Of a stretch of DNA of 64,000 bases, positions 1 to 9,732 are shown piece by piece. How positions within the stretch are numbered: the first letter of the stretch is position 1; every line of letters begins with the position of its first letter. The position numbers and the translations under genes were made by a program. Below the pieces are notes generated by a model. The model saw nothing but the letters and a program-made list of their open reading frames with translations. It was not told where the DNA came from and searched no databases. Origin of the DNA: Candidatus Poribacteria bacterium (lineage in GTDB: Bacteria > Poribacteria > WGA-4E > WGA-3G); contig CBDBFU010000012.1 in NCBI GenBank assembly GCA_965205025.1, positions 32,001 to 96,000 on the forward strand, read 5' to 3'.

Positions 1-385
1 GACAGTTTTCTATGAAATATGTTCATGGACATAATTATTGATATGTCTATCAAGGTAAAATGTCTATATTGTTTGCTACTTCATAAATTTGTCAGTACGA
101 ACCATGATTTCCTATTACGAAAATCGTATGAACCTACAAGCGGATGTGTCATTGAGACTCAATTTCATAATTGTAAGATCTTTGTAGGATTGAGAAATTA
201 TCATACCTTTTAGATGATACCTTTTAGATGGAATTATGTCAAATTATTTCCATTATACATTCTATTGATAGTATGAGAATTACATTGATATAAATCAGTA
301 AATATGTAATTAATATATACCACCCATAGATAATTACAGTTTTGAGTATGTTTTTTCACTAAGTTTAGAATACATCATAATTCTT

Positions 386-1378
386 ATGGATAATAAACGT
401 GCAATAGGTAGATTTTACACACGGGGTAATCCGTTTAAATTACATCCTTTCAGAAATTGGGTATCTAAAGCAAATATAGAAGAAAAAACAATATTAGAAC
501 CCTTTGCTGGCGCAAAAGACATACCAAATTTAATTGATTCTGCAAAACTAAAATACAATGACTGGAAATTATACGATTTACATCCTGGAGCAAATGGGAT
601 ACAAAAACGCGACACACTGACTGATTTTCCTATAGGATATAAGGTATGCATAACAAATCCTCCTTGGTTAGCGCGGAATTCGGCCACTCGTAGAGGTTTG
701 TCATATCCAAAAGCTACTTCTCATGACGATATATATAAATATGCACTTGAATTGTGTATTAATAATTGTGACTGGGTAGCAGCAATAATTCCTGAAGCCT
801 TTATCAGGAGTAATTTGTTCGAAGAGCGATTGAGTGATTTTATTTCATTAGTTCCAGAAAAACATCATACGACGTCAAAAAATGGTAACCACCTTAATAA
901 TGTAAGCAGAATGTTTGAGGATACTGAACACCCTGTTGGATTGGCACTATTTACACCAAATGAGACATCCGATGTAATGATATGGCGTAATAGCCAGCAA
1001 CTTGGAAGGCTAAGAGAATTGGAGGAATACCTACCACAACCATCTCGTAACCGAAATATAAGATTTAATGAACCTAACGGAAATCTTGGTCTTGTGGCAA
1101 TAGATAATACTGTATCACCATCTATTAGGTTTTGTCCTCCAAAAGAATTAAGTGAATATACTGTACGTTATCACGGTCGTTCAATAACTAAAATTTTGGT
1201 GCCATGGGAAGTGGATGTAGAGGAGTTAAATTCTCGTCTTAACTACATTAGGCAAAAAACGCATGATGTTTTTCTAACTGCATTCAAAGGATTACGACGA
1301 GACGGATTCTATCGCAGACGATTAGACTGGGGATTAGCACGTTCAATAGTTGATGAAAATAATCTTAAAGAAAATTGA
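386..1378 (+). CDS. Orphan N6-adenine DNA methyltransferase-like protein
   Basis: FYT (motif X), ILEPFAG (motif I) and ITNPPW (motif IV) in gamma-class order. Confidence 0.65.
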   Translation: MDNKRAIGRFYTRGNPFKLHPFRNWVSKANIEEKTILEPFAGAKDIPNLIDSAKLKYNDWKLYDLHPGANGIQKRDTLTDFPIGYKVCITNPPWLARNSATRRGLSYPKATSHDDIYKYALELCINNCDWVAAIIPEAFIRSNLFEERLSDFISLVPEKHHTTSKNGNHLNNVSRMFEDTEHPVGLALFTPNETSDVMIWRNSQQLGRLRELEEYLPQPSRNRNIRFNEPNGNLGLVAIDNTVSPSIRFCPPKELSEYTVRYHGRSITKILVPWEVDVEELNSRLNYIRQKTHDVFLTAFKGLRRDGFYRRRLDWGLARSIVDENNLKEN

Positions 1379-1446
1379 TATATTCTCATAGATTTTAGAG
1401 TAAAGAGAAACTACAAATCTAAACTAAATCGTTGTATTCTCATATA

Positions 1447-1769
1447 ATACCATTTTCAATTGATACACTTACATTATGATTTAAGTGAAACAGGAACAAT
1501 CATATACAGATTTATAGTCCCGTATGAAGTTAAAAAAAATAAAATAGGTAATTTGGACCCAGAGCTGGTAGGTGCGGTTTCCTAACCGCACCGGATTCTA
1601 CAAGAAACTGGAAATTACCCGAATAAATTCTTTAACTTCATTAGGGACGAAATGTCTATAGAAAACATCAAACATACACTCTTGAGTCCCGTAGGGACGA
1701 AATGTTTATAGCACAAAACACATAATCCGTGAAAACAACAAATACAAATAGTTAACTGGCACAAGTCGT
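1447..1769. mobile_element. Composite MITE: B-type left end, REP-A doublet with nested C element, H-type right end
   Basis: Left arm resembles 26002-26067; right arm resembles 39680-39734. Confidence 0.7.
1524..1641. mobile_element. MITE family C (TIR ATGAAGTTAA...TTAACTTCAT) inserted in a REP-A hairpin
   Basis: Splits GTCCCGT|AGGGACG with one T duplicated; carries GTAGGTGCGGTTTCCTAACCGCACC. Confidence 0.8.
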
Positions 1770-1829
1770 TAAACTATTATATGTTTAGCAAAGGGATATT
1801 TCATGATTTCATGAGTAGAGGAATACGAA

Positions 1830-2822
1830 ATGAAAGTATTAGTCATCGGAGGAACAGGAAATATTAGTCGTGGCATAGTCGCGGCTCTACTGGAACGGAA
1901 TTACGAAGTCGTACTATTCAATCGTGGACAACATGTCGACAAACCACCACAAGATCTTCGAATAATTCAAGGAGACCGACAAAACCGTGAGGATTTTGAG
2001 GAAAAAGTTGCAGCTGAGAACTGGGATGCTGTCATAGACATGATCAGTTTCAATGCTGAAGATGCGGCATCATCGCTCAGAGCTTGCAAAGGGAAAGTAG
2101 GACATTTCATACACTGTTCCACAGTTATGACATATGGACCTCCTTTCAGTGGTATTAACATACCTGAAACCGGTCCCCTACAAGGAGTATCTGGATATGG
2201 GTTGGGTAAAATAGCTGCGGATAATTTACTATTAGATGCACATAAAAATGATGGTTTTCCTGTAACAATCTTCAAACCATCCTATACACACGGACCTGGA
2301 ATGAATCTCTTAAGACAGGTAGGAGGAGATGGAAGTTGGATAGATCGGTTACGTAAAGGGAAACCTATCCTATCTGCCGGTGATGGATTGAATTACTTTC
2401 AATTTTTGGCATCACGAGATGCTGGTGATGCATTTGCAAATATCCTTGGTAAAACGCAATGTTTTGGTCAAATATATAATATCGTTCATCCACAAGCACG
2501 AACATGGGATGAATGGCATACAGCAGCTGCAGATGCACTCGGTGTTAACATAGAAATAGTACATGTTTCACAAGAAACACTTATTGCCATCTCACCAGAG
2601 CGGTTCAGTGGTTTGAGGGGGAATTTTGGACATACGCAGATATTTAGTCATGAAAAATTGGCTTCAGTATTACCCAATTTCTATCCAAAGATTCCTGTCA
2701 TACAAAGCGTAGCAGAGAATATTGAATGGATGGACAAACACAATCGAATTCCAGACAGTGATACAGATAATGTTGAAGATAGAATTATTGAAACAATTCG
2801 AAACTTACCGAGAATTAAATAG
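1830..2822 (+). CDS. NAD-dependent epimerase/dehydratase family protein
   Basis: GGTGNIS Rossmann motif; YGLGK (YxxxK). Confidence 0.85.
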   Translation: MKVLVIGGTGNISRGIVAALLERNYEVVLFNRGQHVDKPPQDLRIIQGDRQNREDFEEKVAAENWDAVIDMISFNAEDAASSLRACKGKVGHFIHCSTVMTYGPPFSGINIPETGPLQGVSGYGLGKIAADNLLLDAHKNDGFPVTIFKPSYTHGPGMNLLRQVGGDGSWIDRLRKGKPILSAGDGLNYFQFLASRDAGDAFANILGKTQCFGQIYNIVHPQARTWDEWHTAAADALGVNIEIVHVSQETLIAISPERFSGLRGNFGHTQIFSHEKLASVLPNFYPKIPVIQSVAENIEWMDKHNRIPDSDTDNVEDRIIETIRNLPRIK

Positions 2823-2838
2823 ATATAGGTGAAGTAAG

Positions 2839-3642
2839 ATGCAAATAAAATCCGCATTAGATTCAGAAAGACTTGATCATGTTGAGAACGATCTCCGAGA
2901 ATTGGGATACCATATAATCGAAAATGTCATCTCACCTGAAGAAGCAGATGAAGCACGGGAAGTGATATGGAAATTGATTGATGAAGATATAGAAAATGGA
3001 CAGGATCATAGTTACGGAGATGGTAAAATTCGACGGGTTTGGGCAATTGTCGGTAAATCTCCCATTTTCAGATATTTCATCCAACATCCAACAGTGATTG
3101 CAGTCTGGAAACGTATGCTTGGAGAGGATGTAATTGCTTCTACTTTTACCGCGAATGTTGTCGGACCTGGGGCACCTGCTGGCGGATGGCATATTGACTA
3201 CCCATATTGGGCAATGCAATCTCCATTTCCAGCTGGTTCAATGACAGGACAAACAGTCTGGATGTTAGATGATTTTACAATTGAGAATGGAGCGACAGCT
3301 TGTATTCCAGAATCTCATAAAACCCTTAGACGACCCGAATTAGGTGAAGCAGAAGGAATGGAGAGTGTTGTTGCTACCGCTCCAAAGGGATCAATAATGT
3401 TTACTAATGGAGCTATTTGGCATCAGTCTCGACCAAATAATACAGATTCTCCACGAGTAGGGTTACTTGGAATGTATAACAGATCTGTAATCTATCCCCA
3501 AGAAGATATGCCACGCCAATTGACTGATGAAGAATTGATGGAAGAGAGTGATGTCCTCAAACAATTATTAGGCAGAACTATTCCATTCCGTGATCCAGAT
3601 CATGGTAGAAATTGGCATCGTACAGAAGATGGATTTCGTTAA
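2839..3642 (+). CDS. Phytanoyl-CoA dioxygenase (PhyH) family protein
   Basis: WHID, ENGATACIPESH, IWH motifs. Confidence 0.85.
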   Translation: MQIKSALDSERLDHVENDLRELGYHIIENVISPEEADEAREVIWKLIDEDIENGQDHSYGDGKIRRVWAIVGKSPIFRYFIQHPTVIAVWKRMLGEDVIASTFTANVVGPGAPAGGWHIDYPYWAMQSPFPAGSMTGQTVWMLDDFTIENGATACIPESHKTLRRPELGEAEGMESVVATAPKGSIMFTNGAIWHQSRPNNTDSPRVGLLGMYNRSVIYPQEDMPRQLTDEELMEESDVLKQLLGRTIPFRDPDHGRNWHRTEDGFR

Positions 3643-3788
3643 GTGCAGATGAAATATAGTGAAAACTTAGTATAATCAATGTATGTCTAATGAGATGAAT
3701 TCATTGAAAGAAATTCATGCAGACATAAACCCTTCTCCTCTGCGTAATCAGTGATTCAGAAAAAACACCTCTTTGTACCACAAACTTT

Positions 3789-3917
3789 ATGAGGATTAAG
3801 TTTTAAATTCGGTAATTCCCATTTTCCCAAACTCGGTAGGCGGGGAATGCCATAAGGCATTCATACCGTTGATTTGGCGGTTTCCTAACCGAACCGAATT
3901 ATTATTTTAATCTTCAT
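3789..3917. mobile_element. MITE family C containing an E micro-element (3841-3874), inserted in a CACAAACTTT|TAGTTTGTG hairpin
   Basis: TIR ATGAGGATTAA/TTAATCTTCAT; close match to 37234-37346. Confidence 0.8.
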
Positions 3918-4385
3918 TTAGTTTGTGATCTTACTCCTACCCTCTCCAAACACTCTTATCCGCGTAATCTGTGTAATCTGTGATTCAGAGAACTCAAACA
4001 TACATAAAAATAAACTAATATCATTAAATTAACACTTATTAACACCAAAGGTGACAAAATTATTTACACACCCAAACGTAAGGGTGTGTAAAGTTTATGG
4101 CATTAATTTACGGAATAGAAGCGGATCAAATACTTTTTTTAGTATAAACTATATCAAAATCTAATTTTACACTTTTCCATAAGTCTTTAAATTAATTGAA
4201 GAAAACACAAATACCTAACAACTAACACACATATATCACAATAATATAAAATAAATTAAATATAATTGTCAAAATATAAACAAAATGTTATAATACTATA
4301 TCGTTCACTAATTGTAAACTAAAGATAACACATTACTTGGAAGATACGAAATATTGTTTATACCGTGAAGTGTAACTATTTTCTA

Positions 4386-4507
4386 CAGGACTTACGCATT
4401 TCATCTTAAAGTCCCCCTGATAAGGGGGATTTAGGGGGTTAAAACAATGAAATGACGGCTTTTTAAGTCAAATTTTACCTATTTCTACTTAAGTTGCGTA
4501 AGTCCTG
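4386..4507. mobile_element. MITE family F (TIR CAGGACTTACGCA) with 5-bp target duplication
   Basis: Perfect 13-bp TIR; TTCTA on both sides; internal CCCCCTGATAAGGGGG hairpin. Confidence 0.85.
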
Positions 4508-4584
4508 TTCTAATTATTTGGGCTTCTAAACTTTATGCCAAATTAAACCAAATCCACTATCTGGGAAATAGGAAAATCCATGTT

Positions 4585-4697
4585 ATACCATTTCTAATTG
4601 AAAATGCCTCTTTTTGTACCACAAACTTTCAGTTTGTGACCTGAAAATGACTACCATAATAACCACCTAATGAGACAATAATTTATAGAAATGGTAT
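4585..4697. mobile_element. MITE family B (TIR ATACCATTTCT...AGAAATGGTAT)
   Basis: TIR plus internal CACAAACTTTCAGTTTGTG hairpin; related copies at 26002, 41472, 43139, 45879, 52851, 62894. Confidence 0.8.
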
Positions 4698-5683
4698 TAG
4701 AATTACAACTAAAACATTCAGAATTATCACCTTTTGAGAATCGTCCTCAAAACATATTTATTCAAAGCCTAAAAAAGCGGATACTGAGGAATATCAATGT
4801 GAATTCAACCGAATATTTTTTTAGTTTTTCAAATTTTAAAATTTTACATCGATTCATCAAATCCTTTGTTATCCCAACCCACAACAGGGTTTTCGGCTCA
4901 TTAAAAAATCATTTCTTAAAAAGCAACTCAAAAAACTTGAAAAACTCAAAAAACTCAAAAAACTTAAAATTAGACCGACTTCAAACAAAACAGACTATCA
5001 TGCACAACAGTAAACTACACTGTATCTCATTACTACGAATCGTCCATACAGATATAATTCTCTTCATAGAATTGGTGTTTCCCTGTCCGTTGGTTCAAAA
5101 TATTGCAAATGGCACGTACAAAGAATCCTCCGAATCTATGATTTATCGAATATATTCTAATACCATGTCAAAATGGATGGATAAGAAACTTCACATTCAA
5201 ACAATCCTAAATCAATGGATCAAAAGAAAAGTAAAAGACACAAAATTCAACCCCCACTTTATAATTTTTACAAATTATTGTAACCTTAAAAAAGTGGCTC
5301 TAAACCCAGTGTAGTACTGACGGGAGAGGGGTTTTATCAATGTCACACCATGTGACAAAAAGTGTAACTTTTTTGAACATATTAATAATATTTATATAAC
5401 TATTGTGAACAACTAAAAACTGTAAACTAATAACTATCAACTATAAGCTAATCACCCTATGATCCGTGACATTCATGCCAAACACTTTACACCGTTTATT
5501 TTCCATACCTTGATAATTCCTAAAGAATGTGATAAATTAACCCAATAAGTGATATAATTCAGTATCTATTGATGGATTTCATACAACTGACATTTCTATA
5601 TGAAATTCGATTTAATAGTTCATATAAAACAGTTATCATACCTACATAATAAGTACATCATAGATTTAGTTTAGGAGCGTTAT

Positions 5684-6739
5684 ATGCCGGTTGTTTCTCA
5701 CATTGTTCTGAGAAAGTTCGTATGCGATATATACAAAGCTGCAGGTGGTACCGAAGAAGATGCCAAAATTGTTAGTGACCATGTCGTTGATTCAAATTTA
5801 GTTGGACACGATTCACACGGGGTAATCAATGCTCCAAACTATATCGGTGGCATGGCAGGTGGACCATCTGTTGATAAGATGGAGATTGTCAGAGAAAGGG
5901 GAGCAGCAACTGTAATAAATGTTAATGGTGCATTAGGAATGGTAGCTGCGCGAAAAGCTATGGAAATGGCTGTGCAAAAAGCTGGATCATGTACAATCGG
6001 AGCGGTTGGACTCCATAGATGTGGACACGCGGGGCGGATGGGTGAATATCCACCAATAGCAGCAAATGCTGGAATGATCGGTATTGTTTTACTAAATGGT
6101 GGAGGACGATTTATGCATCCACATGGGGGTACTTCACGTAGATTACCTCCCAATCCAATTGCTATTTCAGTTCCCCGTGCAAATGGTGAACCACTCCTAC
6201 TTGATATGACACTCAGTGTGGTAGCAGGGGGTAAACTCCTTGTTCAATCTGCACGCGAAGAACCGATTCCAGAAGGATGGATGATAGATTCTGATGGTAA
6301 GGCAATCACTGACCCTGATGTATTTCGAGATCGTCCACAGGATACCGCAGTAATGCCGCTTGGAGGTTTTCAGTTCGGTCATAAAGGGTTTGGACTTGGA
6401 GTTATGATTGATGCTATTGCTGGGGGTCTATCATGGGCAGGTTGTAGTCGTGAATCACCAACACGTGGAGCAAGTGGTATTGTAATGTTTGCAATAAAAA
6501 TAGAAGATTTTATTGACTTAGTAGATTATCAACAAGAAATCGAATATCTTATTGAATGGGTAAAATCATCTGCAACATTACCTGGAACTGAAGAAATTTA
6601 TGTTCCTGGGGATTTTGAACAACGAAGTCGTGAAAAAAGAGAAAAAGAAGGGATACCCATTGAAGAACCTACTTGGAATAAACTTGTTGAATCAGCCGAA
6701 CGCTATAATGTACCTATTCCTACCACGCTCTTCTCTTAG
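5684..6739 (+). CDS. Ldh_2 family (malate/L-lactate/sulfolactate) oxidoreductase
   Basis: GHDSHG, H-x-GR-x-G-x-Y, NPIAI and HKGFGL motifs. Confidence 0.85.
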   Translation: MPVVSHIVLRKFVCDIYKAAGGTEEDAKIVSDHVVDSNLVGHDSHGVINAPNYIGGMAGGPSVDKMEIVRERGAATVINVNGALGMVAARKAMEMAVQKAGSCTIGAVGLHRCGHAGRMGEYPPIAANAGMIGIVLLNGGGRFMHPHGGTSRRLPPNPIAISVPRANGEPLLLDMTLSVVAGGKLLVQSAREEPIPEGWMIDSDGKAITDPDVFRDRPQDTAVMPLGGFQFGHKGFGLGVMIDAIAGGLSWAGCSRESPTRGASGIVMFAIKIEDFIDLVDYQQEIEYLIEWVKSSATLPGTEEIYVPGDFEQRSREKREKEGIPIEEPTWNKLVESAERYNVPIPTTLFS

Positions 6740-6799
6740 AATCTAACATAGATGGATAGGTAATCTCATAATCTACAATAACCTAATTAGGAGATTCCA

Positions 6800-7393
6800 A
6801 TGAAACATATAACTCTATTAGCAATTCTGTTTATTGTAGTTTTAGGATGTGCAGTCCTAAATCAACCAACAATTGAAATACCTTTTACAAAACTCAGTAG
6901 TGTTACAAATCCCAAAATGGTTGATGGAAATTTAAACACAGTCAGTACATTCATTGCAACAGGACATGTTGAGAAAAAATATCAGAATGTACGAGTTACA
7001 CCTGGTCGATTCATTCAAAGCGAAAGAAGATATACTACTAATGTAATAGGACGTCGTACCGTAGCAGAGATAAAACTTGATGAACCCACATATATCTCCT
7101 TTGTTGAGGTATATCCTGCTTCTCGTATACCTAATTTAGCCTTAATTACAACATCTGAAGATCCTCCAAGATTTGATACAAATTTCGATGTAGTTCGTGA
7201 TAAGTATCATTTCAATGTAGAGGGAACAAAACCTGTGAAATTCGAGATTAACCGTGAGATTTTATACCTGCGATTGACAGCAGATGGAATTGAAGATAAA
7301 TTTAACTCTACACGAGAACGGGATAGAGATAAAAGTGTACATATACCACTTAAGGGAGCTTCAATAAGAGAGGTAAAATTTTATGCTCGATAG
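6800..7393 (+). CDS. Putative lipoprotein with discoidin-like beta-sandwich
   Basis: Lipobox VLGC; MVDGN...YLRLT...IREVKFY; paralog of the next gene. Confidence 0.6.
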   Translation: MKHITLLAILFIVVLGCAVLNQPTIEIPFTKLSSVTNPKMVDGNLNTVSTFIATGHVEKKYQNVRVTPGRFIQSERRYTTNVIGRRTVAEIKLDEPTYISFVEVYPASRIPNLALITTSEDPPRFDTNFDVVRDKYHFNVEGTKPVKFEINREILYLRLTADGIEDKFNSTRERDRDKSVHIPLKGASIREVKFYAR

Positions 7394-8009
7394 AAAATTA
7401 TACATAATCACTACTGCAGTATTCATACTGGCTTTTACTCTACAAGGTTGTGCGATTCTTCAAAATGCACCTGTAATGGAGGTACAACCATCACGACTAA
7501 CATCTTCTAACCCCAATATGGTAGATGGTGATTTATCCACAATTGGAACTTTCTTGGCAAAAGGTAAGATTCGTAAGAAGTATTTTGCTGCAAGAACACT
7601 TCAAGCCTTATCTAACCGTAATAATTATCAAGTAGAAATTGACGGAACACTAAAAACAGATACTTTAATCAAACTGGATAAACCTACATATATCGCATAT
7701 ATTGAAGTCCATACTGCATCGGATATTCCAAAACTTGCTTTGGATTTTACTGCAGAAGAGAAATCTCCTCAATGGAATAATTCTTTTATTCAAGTACAAC
7801 AACACAGACATACTGATGTTAAAAACCACAAAATTATAAGATATGATATTAGACACAAGATTCTATATCTACGGATCACAGCAGATGGAATTGAGGATAT
7901 ACAAAATAAGACTCGTTCAAATATTTCTAACAGTATATATAGGAATGAAACGATTACTCCTTTGAAGGGTGGTAAAATACGAGAGGTAAAATTCTACGAA
8001 CGCCAATAA
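7383..8009 (+). CDS. Putative lipoprotein, paralog of 6800-7393
   Basis: Lipobox LQGC; shared blocks IKLDxPTYI, ILYLRxTADGIED, IREVKFY. Confidence 0.6.
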   Translation: MLDRKLYIITTAVFILAFTLQGCAILQNAPVMEVQPSRLTSSNPNMVDGDLSTIGTFLAKGKIRKKYFAARTLQALSNRNNYQVEIDGTLKTDTLIKLDKPTYIAYIEVHTASDIPKLALDFTAEEKSPQWNNSFIQVQQHRHTDVKNHKIIRYDIRHKILYLRITADGIEDIQNKTRSNISNSIYRNETITPLKGGKIREVKFYERQ

Positions 8010-8183
8010 TATAGTACTTGTTTTATATTTCATATTTAGGTATAATATCTCTGTCATTTCAAGCTGAACGATCTGTTTGCTTTACTCAATAACTACATAA
8101 TTAAACGACGATATTAACTTTGCTTTAATCTTATTCAGAATAGTGTGAATTTACACATTAATCTTAGGAGGATAAAATTCCAT

Positions 8184-9194
8184 TTGGAAAAACAAAAAAT
8201 AAAGGGTGTTCCGATTCAGAACAACGCTGAAGTTCAAGCCTTATTTGGCAATAGTGACGAATTCTTAAAAATAATAGAGGACGATTTTGACGTTCGCGTT
8301 GTTTTAAAAAGTGATTCCATTGCTGTTCTTGGGGATAATCAACAACAGGTAAATAGAGTCATATCAGTATTGGAATCATTACTTTACCGAATACGGAAAG
8401 GTGAACGAATACTTACAACAGATATAAATTACCTTATCCGTGCATCTGAGTCTGATGATACAGACACTTTAGATCAAAGTTCGACTGAATCTATTCCCGT
8501 TTTTTCGAAACGAGGGGTAATTCGTCCAAAGACCTCTGGACAAAAAAGGTATGTTGAGGCAATCAAAAACAACGATCTCGTATTCGGAATAGGTCCAGCT
8601 GGGACAGGAAAAACATATCTCGCTATGGCAATGGCTGTTTCCGCCCTAAAAAATGGACAAGTGAGTAGAATAATTCTAACCAGACCCGCTGTTGAAGCTG
8701 GAGAAAGACTCGGTTTTCTACCGGGTGATATTGCAGCAAAAGTTGACCCATATCTACGACCATTATATGATGCATTGTATGATATGATGCCTCCTGATTC
8801 ACTTGATAATTATATCGAACGTAATATTATTGAAGTTGCTCCTATCGCATTTATGCGTGGAAGGACATTAAACAATTCATTCGTCGTTCTTGATGAAGCA
8901 CAGAATGCAACGATTGAACAAATGAAGATGTTTCTTACACGCCTCGGTTTCGATTCAAAAGCAGTCGTTACCGGTGATATAACACAAACTGACCTACCTA
9001 CACACAAGACCTCTGGACTCGCAGACGCTCAAAATGTACTCGATGGTATCAAAGGTATCCATTTCATCTACTTTTCTAAGGAGGATGTAGTACGACATGA
9101 ATTAGTTCAGCGAATCATTGAAGCTTATGAACAAACTACTCCTCCACCTGAAATGAAAGAAATATTAACCGAAACCAATGAAACTGAAGGGTAA
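8184..9194 (+). CDS. phoH: PhoH family ATPase
   Basis: GPAGTGKT, RPAVEAGERLGFLPG, DEAQN; TTG start after AGGAGG. Confidence 0.95.
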   Translation: MEKQKIKGVPIQNNAEVQALFGNSDEFLKIIEDDFDVRVVLKSDSIAVLGDNQQQVNRVISVLESLLYRIRKGERILTTDINYLIRASESDDTDTLDQSSTESIPVFSKRGVIRPKTSGQKRYVEAIKNNDLVFGIGPAGTGKTYLAMAMAVSALKNGQVSRIILTRPAVEAGERLGFLPGDIAAKVDPYLRPLYDALYDMMPPDSLDNYIERNIIEVAPIAFMRGRTLNNSFVVLDEAQNATIEQMKMFLTRLGFDSKAVVTGDITQTDLPTHKTSGLADAQNVLDGIKGIHFIYFSKEDVVRHELVQRIIEAYEQTTPPPEMKEILTETNETEG

Positions 9195-9199
9195 CGACT

Positions 9200-9637
9200 T
9201 TGATCGACGTTACCAATGATAATAATAATATCTACATTGATGTTGAAGTGGTCTATAATGCAATCAGAATTACACTAAAAGCACATAGTCTTGATGAGTA
9301 TGAAGTAAGTGTTCTGCTAACTGATGACAGACACATTAGAGAATTAAATCGAGATTATCGTGGAATAGACTCACCTACCGATGTGTTGGCTTTTGCCATG
9401 CATGATGATCAAGAAAGTAAAAAACTAAATCCCAATATCCTTGGGGATATTGTTATATCTCTCGATACAGCAGAACGACAAGCAAAGGCAGCACAACATT
9501 CATTTAATAAAGAAGTAGTAGTTCTTACAATTCACGGAATACTTCATCTGATTGGATATGATCATAAAACACATGAAGAAGCAAATATAATGTTTGAAAA
9601 ACAGAATTACCTGTTAAAGAGTATTTGGAACGACTAA
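9200..9637 (+). CDS. ybeY: rRNA maturation RNase YbeY
   Basis: PTDVLAF, HGILHLIGYDH. Confidence 0.95.
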   Translation: MIDVTNDNNNIYIDVEVVYNAIRITLKAHSLDEYEVSVLLTDDRHIRELNRDYRGIDSPTDVLAFAMHDDQESKKLNPNILGDIVISLDTAERQAKAAQHSFNKEVVVLTIHGILHLIGYDHKTHEEANIMFEKQNYLLKSIWND

Positions 9638-9732
9638 TCATAATCTATTTTAAATCTATCTGTATGTTCAACGAAGTTAACACTGAGTATTCTAATTGTA
9701 TTTATCATACATAATTAAATGATATTGGAGGT

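Noticed and set aside
203-230. 14-bp tandem repeat ATACCTTTTAGATG x2
   Set aside because: Only two copies with no context; likely a simple duplication
4691-5314. 207-aa ORF
   Set aside because: Its ATG lies inside a MITE terminal repeat, it has no RBS, and it crosses low-complexity repeats
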